A stretch of DNA of 63,621 nucleotides, filler included, from Chiloscyllium plagiosum (taxonomy: Eukaryota), in assembly GCF_004010195.1 (NCBI RefSeq). It is 3 parts of one record of this genome, joined end to end, with 100 filler letters (N's around TTAATTAATTAA, not from the genome) between each part and the next. Parts side by side here need not be neighbours in the genome. Positions count along the whole stretch, not along the records: positions 29,628 to 55,287 come from NC_057713.1; positions 55,388 to 63,621 come from NC_057713.1; 1 more part is not named here. One strand, 5' to 3'. Shown here one piece after another: positions 53,201-63,621 of this stretch (its first letter is position 1; every line of letters starts with the position of its first letter). The notes below the pieces were generated by a model, which did not search any database, was not told the DNA's origin, and worked only from the letters and a program-made list of their open reading frames with translations. The translations under genes were made by a program, and so were the position numbers.

Positions 53201-53946
53201 TCTTCCTTCCAATATCAGTCTCGCCTTTCCTCAGCTCAATATCAGAATTCCTAAGTTTCAGTATCCCAGCACAATCAATACTGTTGGATGACAAAAAAAT
53301 AGTTTTCTTATTATAAAGATAGATTTTTAAACCTAAATGACTTTTCCAGCTACAATAAACATGATAGGATTTGAATTGTTTATCACCTGACTGCAACATG
53401 CAAATAATGTTTATCCTGCTAAATAATAGATAGGTTTACTGATGCAATTTATGGCCTTTTTGTACAACCAGACTTAAACCAGGGAAAATTCATTTAGAAA
53501 CTGCTGGCAACATGGTACAACAGTACTTAGACAACAGATTGACTTTGAAAAATGTTGAGTTAGGCCAACTGAAGTAAAAGGAAAAACTTAAGACATGATA
53601 CTAAAAAAGCAGCTGGAACTGAACTCATTCACATAATACACAGCTAAACTGTGACAAAACAGAGCATAAAAACATACAAATGTTATTTGAAGAGAGGTTT
53701 CAGGTGCGTCACAGAAGATTGAGTGTCACCATTAAATTCCAGAACATTGAAAATTACCTACGCTCATTTCCAGGAAAGATGTGTGTTATAATTGCATGTA
53801 AACTTGGTGATGGCGACATTTGCTATTTCGTGTACAAAACAGGAATGGGCTGTTAGCTCCTCAAGCCTGTCTCACCATTCAGTGATATCACGGCAGATGT
53901 GTGATATAACTCCATATAGCCCATTTTTTATCATGCTTCTTTATAA

Positions 53947-54016
53947 CTTTAGATAACAACAATTTGTTATCTAAAGGAAATTTGTTATCTAAAGGAACAA
54001 TTTGTTATCTAAAGGA
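53947..54016. repeat. Fold-back plus triple direct repeat at a LINE 5' junction
   Basis: CTTTAGATAACAA (53947-53959) is followed by its reverse complement within three TTTGTTATCTAAAGGA copies at 53963, 53981 and 54001. Confidence 0.9.
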
Positions 54017-55287
54017 AGGAAATTGTAGTACAGATCCTCAAGGGTCATAATCTCCGGATTACTGTCCGAGCCACATGCCAATTGGCATAGGGATAAGAAA
54101 ATTAGGGAAGTAGAACACGTGGCTAAGGGATTGGTGTGGGAAAGAGGGATTCCACTTCATGGGGCATTGGCATCAGTTTTGGAACTGGGGGGATCTGTAC
54201 TTTTGGGACGGTCTCCACCTGAACCGATCAGGTACCAATGTTCTAGCGAAGAGGATAAATAAGGTGGTCAGTAGGACTTTAAACTTCCGAGTTGGGGGGA
54301 AGGAAAAGTGAAAGCGACAGGGAGTATGGAGTTAAATGGAAAGATAAGCAGCAGGATAGCATGTGTGCAGGCGGATTTAAACTTGAGGCAGACTGGGAAT
54401 GCAGCAAAAAGGAAGGATAACTTAGGACATCTTATGACTTGCAACATCTCTAATGATAAGAAAGTTAGCATTAAGGCACTTTACCTGAATGCTCATAGCA
54501 TTTGGAACAAAGCAGATGAACTAATGGCACAGATCATCGTGAATGATTATGATGTGGTAGGCATCACAGAGACCTGGTTGCGGGGTCAGGACTGGCAGTT
54601 AAACATCCAAGGATTTTCAACTTATCAAAAAGACAGGGAGGTGGGCAGAGGGGGCGGGGTTGCCTTGTTAGTTAAGAACAAATTAAATCTATGGCACTGA
54701 ATGACATAGCGTCGGATGATGTGGAGTCTGTGTGGGTGGAATTGAGGAACCACAAAGGCAAAAAAACCATAATGGGAGTTATGTACAGACCTCCGAACAG
54801 TGATCAGGACCAGGGGCACAACATGTACTGGGAAATAGAGAAGGCATGTCAGAAAGGCAAGGTCACGGTGATCCTGGGAGACTTCAATATGCAGGTGGGC
54901 TGGGTAAATAATGTTGCCAGTGGATCCAAAGAAAGGGAATTCTTGGAATGCTTACAGGATGGCTTTTTGGAACAGCTTGTCATGGAGCCCACAAGGGGGC
55001 AGGATATTCTGGACCTAGTGCTATGTAATGAACCAGACTTTATAAAAAGATCTTAAAGTAAGGGAACACTTAGGAAGCAGTGATCATAATATGGTAGAGT
55101 TCAGTCTGCAGTTTGAAAGAGAGAAGGCAAAATCGGATGTAATGGTGTTACAGTTAAATAAAGGTAATTATGAGGGCATGAGAGAGGAACTGACGAAAAT
55201 AGACTGGAAGCAGAGCCTAGCGGGGAAGACAGTAGAACAAAAATGGCAGGAGTTTGTGGGTATAATTGAGGACACAGTACAGAGGTT
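54017..55287 (+). mobile_element. CR1 LINE, 5'-truncated (ORF1 esterase end plus APE), running into the spacer
   Basis: RVIISGLL, WDGLHLN, YLNAHSI, GITETWL, YRPPNS, LGDFN, SDHNMVEF. Confidence 0.93.
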
Positions 55288-55387
55288 NNNNNNNNNNNNN
55301 NNNNNNNNNNNNNNNNNNNNNNNNNNNNNNNTTAATTAATTAANNNNNNNNNNNNNNNNNNNNNNNNNNNNNNNNNNNNNNNNNNNN
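55288..55387. other. Assembly spacer N44-TTAATTAATTAA-N44
   Basis: Same 100-bp structure as 29528-29627. Confidence 0.97.
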
Positions 55388-55542
55388 TGCCTAGCTCCTT
55401 TTCCACCTATCCACTCCACCCTCTCCTCCCTGACCTATCACCTTCATCTCCTCCCCCACTCACCCATTGAACTCTATGCTACTCTCTCCCCACTCCCACC
55501 CTCCCCTAGCTTATCTCTTCACGCTTCAGGCTCACTGCCTTT

Positions 55543-55578
55543 ATTCCTGATGAAGGGCTTTTGCCCGAAACGTCAATT
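55543..55578 (+). ncRNA. Minimal hammerhead ribozyme motif
   Basis: CUGAUGA-A-GGGC(UUUU)GCCC-GAAA-CG-UC. Core intact, but the stem I closing pair is mismatched. Confidence 0.72.
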
Positions 55579-55961
55579 TCAAAGCTCCTTGGATGCTGCC
55601 TGAACTGCTGTGCTCTTCCAGCACCACTAATCCAGACCCATTGTCTCAGCATGCTCCTGCCCTACTGAACTCATTTCTACCTATCTCGACACTGTCCTAT
55701 CCCCCCCAGTCCAGGAACTCCCCACATACGTTACGGACACCACCCATTCCCTCCACCTCCTCCAAGACTTCCGTTTCCCGGCGCCCAATGTCTCATCTTC
55801 ACTATGGATATCCAGTCCCTCTACACCTCCATCCACCATGACCAGGGCTTTCAAGCCCTCCATTTCTTCCTCTCCTGATGTTCCCAACAGTACCCTTCCA
55901 CCGACACTCTCATTCAGTTGGCCGAACTGATCCTCACCCTTAACAATTTCTCCTTCGAATC

Positions 55962-55995
55962 TTCCTGATGAAGGGCTTTTGCCCGAAACGTCGGA
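55962..55995 (+). ncRNA. Minimal hammerhead ribozyme motif
   Basis: UUC-CUGAUGA-A-GGGC(UUUU)GCCC-GAAA-CG-UC/GGA. Core intact, 3-bp stem I, loopless palindromic ACGU stem III. Confidence 0.78.
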
Positions 55996-58900
55996 TTTTC
56001 CTGCTCCTCGAATGCTGCCTGAACCGCTATGCTTTTCCAGCACCACTCTACTCCATCTGGTTTCCAGCATCTGCAGTCATTGTTTTTACCTAAACACACA
56101 TACCACCAGGTTCAAGCACAGCTTCTTCCCTGCTGTTATTAGATTTCTGTTGGACCTCTCAAATTTCAAATCTAATGCTGATCTTGCTTTTTGTGTACCT
56201 TCTTTGCAGCTGTAACTTTGCATATCTTGCTCTGTTCTATCACCCTATGATCTTTGTATGGTATAATCTGCCTGTACTGCACACCAAACAAACATTTCAC
56301 TGCACCTAAATTCATGTGGCAGTAATAAAACAAATCAAGTCAAGACATTATATCCAATATTTCCAAACCATTCCCTTTAGTACTCTAGGATGCAGTCCCT
56401 GGGGATTTGTCCACCTTTAACCTTATTAATATTTCTAGCAATGTATTTTCCATAATACCGATTTGTTTCAATTCTTCACTTATACCTGAGCCTTGGTTCT
56501 GTAATATTTATATCCACTTTTGTGAAGACAAAGCCAAAATATGAGTTTAATTCTTCTGCCATTTCTTTGTTTCTCATTATAATTACCTCCATGTTTGACT
56601 GTAAAGTATCTACATTTGTCTTTGCTAATCATTCTCTCTTCATATATTTATAGAAACTTTTACAGTCAATGTTTACATTCAGTGCAAGTTTACTCTCATT
56701 CTATTTTCCTCCTCTTGATTAATCTTTTAGTTAGTCATATTCAGTCAGCCCGCTTTTGTGCATATTTCTCTCATATCCATAAACGTATACAGAGATTTTG
56801 TTTTATACAGGGATAGAAATCTCCCATCATAACAGGAGAACACCAGCATTAACTATTTACCCTATTTTCCCTCGTCTTTTTGCTGGAGTTACAGTGAACA
56901 TGAAAACAGCCCTCATGAAAAGTCTAGGTAACTGTCCCCTAGCATTTAGTGATGGAAATAATCGATAGTTTCTAAACTTTGGCTTAAATATACAAGTGAT
57001 CTCATTCAATGGGGATAATTTTACTGTGATCAATTCTGTATTTTAAGCTACGTCAAATTAGTTGCCTATTCAGTAGAAAGAGTATCAGTGGAGAAGGTGT
57101 TTAATGGTTGGCTAATTTCATGTAAATTATTTATACTGTCACTAAAAGTTAAACTATCCCTAATTACTTGAATCATGGAGGAAAGAGAATATCAAGTGAT
57201 ATTTGGTAACAAAACAATAGGTTCAGGATTAATCCAGGAAGAATGAAGACAAGAAGAGATTTTATCTGTATAGAGGTCCTTTGGAAAACAGGATACCAAA
57301 AGTGGCATTGGAACAGAAATTATTGCCAGAATTCCTGACTGGCTGCACAGATCCCATGCATCTGCCAAAATCACAGTCAGATCAACTGTTTTGAATGGCT
57401 TACTTCTGTGTGACACTTTCAATGATTCAACATCCTAAAATTATGTTCCAAAATTATTACAACCACAAAGATTAAGCGCCTTTAACTTAATCCATAGATC
57501 ATAATGCTTTCCTGGACACCAAATTTTAACTATACTTTATGTGCTCTACATTTAATTAAATTTGTACATGAAACACAGAATTATCACAATTGATGCACTA
57601 CTGTTTTCAACAACTAAGTAAACTTGTGCTGGATATGCTGAAGACTGTTATTACTGGGCAGCAAAACACAATCATCCTTATCAGGTACCCACAGGTCATG
57701 TTTGTGGAATGATATTATCATTGCACCTGAATTTCAATCCAAGCCTGTCCAAATAGGCAGCTTCTAAAATTAAGTAACCTATGGTCCATCTAAGTAAGAC
57801 TGTTAGTTTTGTTCCAAATTCAGTTCTGATTACTTGTTTGGAAAAGAATTCTGGTTGTGTAAATTCAGCATTTCAAAAATATTTTCAACAAGCAAGTTTT
57901 GCAGAGAAAAAGCTTTGTAAATGGTCTAAATATGCATTATAATTTAAACACAAATATTACTCTTACATTATCCTCTACATTTCAGCTCCTAATTATACAA
58001 ATGTTACGATACATTCTGGAGGGCATGGGGTTTCAACCTTAAAGAGCAAAGGGAATAAAATCAGGACAGTGATTAAGAAGTGAAACATTTAGCAGAAACT
58101 AGTCATCAAAAAAATTCTTATCCAGCTGGTAACATTTATTACTTGCATCCTGATAGTATTTAGTCTGAATTCTCTACCTACAGAAAAGGTAAGAAGCATT
58201 ATACTTGGGCACATTTCCAGCAAAGTGTCTTGCTGAGTATGTTCCATACATGGGCAATATTAATGCAGCCTATGAATTTCTATCAATTCTGGGAAGGAGA
58301 TCTTGCTCCAGGAGGCAGCAGATGTTTCCAATGACCTGCCATGACAGGCTCAGCCTTCTGAGATTCTACCTCTCTGACAAGTAGGCAGAGATGATCCTGT
58401 GTGCAATGTTGGAAGTCTCGACCATTTGAGTTAGATCTTTGTATCCATTCTTTTTTGAGTGACATGTGGCTGATGCTGCTGTTAGTATTTTGTTCCTCAA
58501 TACAGCTGCAAGATAAAGGGCAGGGGCTTCTCCCATGGTGAAGAATGGCAAAAGAGAAATGCAGTTACTAAGTGAAGTACAGAACACATGAACAGATTTA
58601 ACCCAAGTCCCTGACACTGTGAGGCAGCCGTGCGAGCCACTGAAGCACCATGCCACCCCAGTGGTTGAGTGGGTGGGATAATATCAAGATTTTAAGCCAA
58701 CTTCACTTTTGGGTCCTTAGCTCCTTATGTGCATCTGGACATGCCTTGTCTTTCTTCTTAAATTTCCTCAATTTCATGTTTCATTATTATCCTCTTTAAA
58801 ATTAAAATTTCCAGTTTTCACAGAGAACTATACATGAAATCTCTACTCCATGCCTTGAAAACCCACTAGATTGAATGACAGCCAATTTGAAATTAATTTT

Positions 58901-59509
58901 GGAAATAATAATCAGTTTCCTATTTAATGTAGATGCAGAAATGAGTATTCAACCAAAATATTTAATCTGTAATTCCTATGAAAATATTGATTATTAAAAA
59001 AAAACACAAGTTTGCCAGAGGACGGATAAAAAGAAAATCATGTTTGAAACAAATGGACCTTCATTTTGTTTTCTGAAACACATTGACAACACTACACTTT
59101 GTGCTCAGGCTCCAGGGTCTTTTCTCTAAGCTTGAATTCCGTTTGCAGTCAGATCAATGACAAGTGGCGTTAACAGCTATGTTTAATTCTATCAATATGT
59201 GACCAATTGTGTTATATTGCTCAGCCATTGATTTCACATTGTGCTAAAGTCTATCACTTAAAAAGACTAAATTTCCCGTGCTGTCACATACAAATGACAA
59301 ATGTCTTTAAATGTTGTGTGTTGAGGCATTATTCACTGCAGTACTTCAATGCCATTTGTTGTCCTGAACCTTTCATTTACAATGTTCGTAACTGCTAACT
59401 AATGCTAAAATAATTCACTTGTGCCCACATTTAAGCATAGGAAATAACTGAACTTAGGTGCTAGAAAACTACTTTGTTTGCATCTTTCCTAAATTGCAAT
59501 ATCCATTCA

Positions 59510-60830
59510 GCCATGGCACAGTATTAGGCCTCTCACCTCTGAGTTAGAAGGTACAGAGGCTATCTCATCCAGTAACATGAGCATATAATTTAGATGATAT
59601 TTTTGTGCACTTACTGAGAGAGACTAATGCATGTTTAGAGTCATAGATATGTACAGCATGTAAACAGACCCTTCGGTCCAACCCGTCCTTGCCGACCAGA
59701 TATCCCAACCCAATCTAGTCCCACCTGCCAGCACCCAGCCCATATCCCTCCAAACCCTTCCTATTCATATACCCATCCAAATGCCTCTTAAATGTTGCAA
59801 TTGTACCAGCCTCCACCACATCCTCTGGCAGCTCATTCCATACATGTACCACCCTCTGCGAGAGCTGCTGTTTTTTGGATGAGATGTTAAACTAAAGCAC
59901 TGCCTGCCCTCTTAAGTGGCCATAATGACACGATCCAAATAAAACAACGTGGTTCTCTTCATATTAATAAAAACCTCAAATGCTGGAAATCAGAAACACA
60001 AGTGCAAACTCTACATTGGAGAGATGAAGCGCAGACTGCGTGACTACTTCACAGAGAACCTACATTCTGTCCACAAAATGACCCTGTGCTTCCTGCTGCC
60101 TGCCATTTCAACACACCACCGTGTTCCCTGGCCAACATCTCAGTCTCAGACTTGCTGCAGTGCTCCAGTGAAGCTCAGCACAAGGCAGAAGAACACCATT
60201 TCATTTTCCCCTGGGGAACCCTGCAGCCTTCAAGACTCAATATCGAGTCCAACCATTTTAGAGCATGATTACCTTCTTTGATGTTCTTACTCCAACTCCC
60301 ACTCACCAGGCCTTGTCATCATGTGGGCGACTACCACAACCAATCCATTGTCAACTACTAATGGTCCCCATCATCAGCTATTGATTCCGCCCGGCTGACC
60401 TTAACCCATTCCTTTGTCTGCCCAACTGTTGTTCTCACTTCCTTTGGGCTCCACTTCCACAAATCATTCACTACTACCTACCCCCCACCCCTTACTCCAT
60501 CTTCAGCTTATACAACCTTTCCCAGCTACAATCAGTTTTGAAGAAGGGTCACTGGATCTGAAACTTTAACTCTACATTCTCTCCTCAGATGCTGTGAACT
60601 CTGCTGAATTCTTTCCAGAAATTTCTGCTTGTGGTTCTCTTCATGGAAAACATTTATCCCTTGAACACCGTGTACAACAGCTGCTTTGGTCCTTTATTTG
60701 TTTGCTGTTTTGGGGAGTTGAAGTGTCTACCATCTTTCCTACATTACAGCAGTAGTTACTTTTCATTAGCTTTAAATTATTTTGGACTGTACTGTGGTCG
60801 TAAAAGCACTATTTAAACGTAATTTCTTTC
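59510..60830 (+). mobile_element. Deu-domain SINE split by a HER1-like 3' fragment (59636-59860, -) and a Penelope fragment
   Basis: Collinear with 45232-45680 once the inserts are removed. Confidence 0.7.
59963..60630 (+). mobile_element. Penelope-like 3' fragment (GIY-YIG plus terminal repeat with degenerate hammerhead)
   Basis: CKLYIGEMKRRLRDYF. 14-bp TSD GTGGTTCTCTTCAT at 59949-59962 and 60631-60644. TTGAAGAAGGGTCACTGGATCTGAAAC near 60538. Confidence 0.85.
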
Positions 60831-61138
60831 TTGCTTGCTTTGTTGTTTGCTATGGATTAAGGCAGTCTCATTCTTATTTTACTGAACTGGTAGAACTCCA
60901 GAGTACAATTCCCATCAGAACTGTTCTAAAATTTGAAGTCAGCTTACATATTATGTACTAAGCTGCTTTAGTACAAATAACCATGAGCTATATGATTGTT
61001 GTAAAAATATAACTAGTTACTAATGTGCTTTACAGAAGGAAACCTTTGTCATTGCCCACTCCAGTCCATATATGTGAATTTCAGATCAATACTAATATAG
61101 CTGACCCTTCAATGCCACCTGAAGTTGCCTAGCTAGTG

Positions 61139-61465
61139 TTAGATTAGATTAAATTCTCTACAGTGTGGAAACAGGCCCTTCGGCCCAACAAGTCCACACC
61201 GCCCCTCCGAAGAGAAACCCACCCAAATCCATTCCTCTACCCTATATTTACACCTGACTAACACACCTAACAGTGGGCAATTTAGCATGGCCAATTCACC
61301 TGACCTGCACATCTTTTTGGATTGTGGGAGGAAACCGGAGCACCCAGAAGAAACCCACGCAAACACAGGGAGAATGTGCAAACTCCACACAGACAGGCAG
61401 GAATCGAACCCAGGACCCTGGCACTGTGAGGCAGCAGTGCTAACCACTGAGCCACCGTGTCGCCC
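61139..61465 (-). mobile_element. HE1/V-SINE-type SINE, well preserved
   Basis: Reverse complement begins GGGCGACACGGTGGCTCAGTGGTTAGCACTG, has B-box GGTTCGATTCC and a (TCTAA)n tail. Confidence 0.92.
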
Positions 61466-62773
61466 TAATATGAAATTGAAGGTATGTACTGTACACTTAA
61501 GAGAGAACGAATGCTGTTCTGAACTGACAGCTTACAAGCATCTGTATATGACTAGATGGCAATCCCAAAGTGTACTAGAAAATTGAAACTATGCAACATT
61601 TGGCTGTTAAATGGTTACCTGCATTTTGGTTGCTGTTTGACATCAATTCGAATTTAACCAGTTTGAATTATGCCCCAGGATACTAAAACCCAATTGAGTT
61701 TGAATTTATTGTTTTGCCAATAATGAACCAATGAGACAATGTGATGTTTGGGGTGTATAAACTGTGGACATTTTGAAAATTGGTCAGAGGGAGAGCAAAT
61801 GCTATTGACACCGAAACTGATGGAGATCCAACATCTTGCTCTCCAAGAAATTAGGAAACACTCTCTATCAAAGATACCTTTCATGTGAAATATACTCACA
61901 ATAAAAGAGAAGCTACCCCAGGGAGATTCTCTGCTGGAAGAAGAAAGACCCAGAAGAAGACAGTGGCTAAGTAGTTTTGAAATTAGGTTGATGTAATTTT
62001 AATAAGTATTTTATTGGAACAGCATATTGTTACAGAGTTGGAGGCAGATAGTAAGCGGTTAAGAGAAAGGGGGGCTTAGAGTTGTGAATAATTGTTATTT
62101 AATGTAGAATTAAAATTAAAAAATAAATTGATGTTATTTTCTTTAAATAGTGGAATATAGGGGTTCTTGGTCATATTTTAACAGATTATGAGGCGAGTGA
62201 GCTTTTCTGGTGTTTGGTTTAATTAGCTAGAGGGGTTCACTTCACTATCATAACACAAATCACTCAGATATACGAAGCTGCAATTTGCCTTCACAGGGCA
62301 GGAACACGGCAGGAGATCTGCAAGATCTGCAACCTTACCCACATCTGACAAATGAATAAAAAGACTGATGAAGGCTAGATCCACAGGACAAGTTTCAGGA
62401 ATGAAAAGCAGTTTTAACAAGAGAGTTTATGTAGATAGTAAAGGAGGAGACTGCTCCCTTGGGTTTTGCTCATCATCTATATTCCATTCAACAACTTCAT
62501 TCAACGGAGGCAAATAGCTAATAAATACATAAGCCTTAGTGTTGTGAGATCAAGCTTTCAAGCTTGAATCTGAACAAATGGTTAAAAGGGACTCACAATT
62601 TTCAAATAAAATCAACAAACTGTGGAATATTTGGCACAATGTTATGGAAGTTCCAAAATAATTCATAGAGTTGGTAAAACAGATGGGTCTGATGCATTGG
62701 CCACCCCAACGTGTTTACTTTATGTATTTTAAACACTTGATATGTCTTCATTAATGTCAATTCCATGCTAAAG

Positions 62774-63391
62774 TTTGAGTGCAAGCAGCAGCTGAATTTA
62801 AACGAAACCGGAAGGCTACAGCTAAGGTAAGACAGTTTGTTTTAAAATTACTTACCGGTAGCGGGCAGCGGTGTTTTTTTTTCTCTTCACAGAAAGAGCG
62901 GGAGCAGCAGGGGGAAGTGACGATGACCACAGGGGCAGCCGGGAAGGAAAGCAGTGAGTATAAATACTCACCCTTCGACGCCAACGGTCATTTTGAGTGT
63001 GAGCAGCAGCTGAGTTTAAACGAAACCGGAAGGCTACAGCTAAGATAAGACAGTTTGTTTTAAAATTACTTACTGGTAGCGGGCAGTGGTGTTTTTTTTC
63101 TCTTCACAGAAAGAGCGGGAGCAGCAGGGGGAAGTGACGACAACCAGAGGGGCAGCCGGGAAGGAAAGCAGTGAGTATANNNNNNNNNNNNNNNNNNNNN
63201 NNNNNNNNNNNNNNNNNNNNNNNNNNNNNNNNNNNNNNNNNNNNNNNCAGCTAAGGTAAGACAGTTTGTTTTAAAATTACTTACCGGTAGCGGGCAGCGG
63301 TGTTTTTTTTTTCTCTTCACAGAAAGAGCGGGAGCAGCAGGGGGAAGTGACGACAACCAGAGGGGCAGCCGGGAAGGAAAGCAGTGAGTAT
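62774..63391 (+). repeat. About 218-bp tandem repeat (at least 3 units, with a gap at 63180-63247); likely 5' UTR monomers of a CR1 LINE
   Basis: Units start at 62774 and 62992 and a third resumes at 63248. Near-identical and CpG-retaining. Confidence 0.88.
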
Positions 63392-63561
63392 ATAAATCAG
63401 GAAGGCGGCTAAATCCGAGACTCTACAACCGTAGTGTCTCCCACCCGCCCTCCTCCTCTAACCTGAATAATAAGACCCGTTGTGGTAAGTAGGTAAGTGC
63501 TGCATTTTGCTTGTTGTATTCTTTAGACCCAGTTTTTTTAAAAAAGGTTACTTTCAGAGGG

Positions 63562-63621
63562 ATGGCAGTGAAGGCAGTGCAATGTTCCTCTTGCAACATG
63601 TTTGAGGTGAGGGATGCCATG
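63562..63621 (+). mobile_element. Start of CR1 ORF1 (MAVKAVQCSSCNMFEVRDAM), cut by the window end
   Basis: CxxCxM(W/F)E N-terminal zinc-finger-like motif typical of CR1 ORF1, directly downstream of the tandem repeat. Confidence 0.7.

Larger units (their letters stand above)
55388..56090 (+). mobile_element. Rearranged Penelope-like element: terminal repeat, RT fragment, terminal repeat
   Basis: Direct repeats at 55543-55633 and 55962-56050 flank a frameshifted PLE RT piece (RPIVSACSCPTELISTYLD, FTMDIQSLYTSI, LNNFSF). Confidence 0.88.

Noticed and set aside
52907..53399. Three overlapping ORFs (115, 121 and 86 aa)
   Set aside because: No recognisable homology, motif or exon boundaries, and partly within a SINE-like repeat; treated as chance.
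62774..63391. Repeat array as a possible CRISPR
   Set aside because: Units are about 218 bp and head-to-tail with no unique spacers, there are no cas genes, and the context is eukaryotic.

Overview
Vertebrate genomic DNA, most likely from a cartilaginous fish (shark). The inference rests on HE1/V-SINE-type, HER1/CR1-type and Deu-domain SINE repeats recognised from memory. Two 100-bp spacers (N44-TTAATTAATTAA-N44, at 29528-29627 and 55288-55387) split the window into three joined contigs, and there is a plain 68-N gap at 63180-63247. Contig 1 carries ten + strand coding exons (45, 54, 54, 54, 72, 36, 45, 33, 147, 177 bp) of a type IX-like FACIT collagen covering COL2, NC2 and the start of COL1; both gene ends are missing. 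Contig 2 carries one 157-bp exon of an L-type Cav1 calcium channel (domain IV pore loop and IVS6; most likely CACNA1C). The rest is mostly nested transposon debris: CR1 LINEs (one near full length), Penelope-like elements carrying minimal hammerhead ribozyme motifs, an internally deleted Gypsy element, a Tx1/L1-like 3' end, a pogo/Tigger-like MITE and SINEs. Most ORFs in the supplied track are TE fragments or spurious. The most notable items are a tandem hammerhead pair, a CpG-rich foreign-looking ~100-bp segment inside a solo LTR next to the Cav1 exon, an iterated fold-back at a LINE 5' junction, and the unusual NC2 exon of the collagen. No database searches were run, so family names come from recall of consensus motifs.
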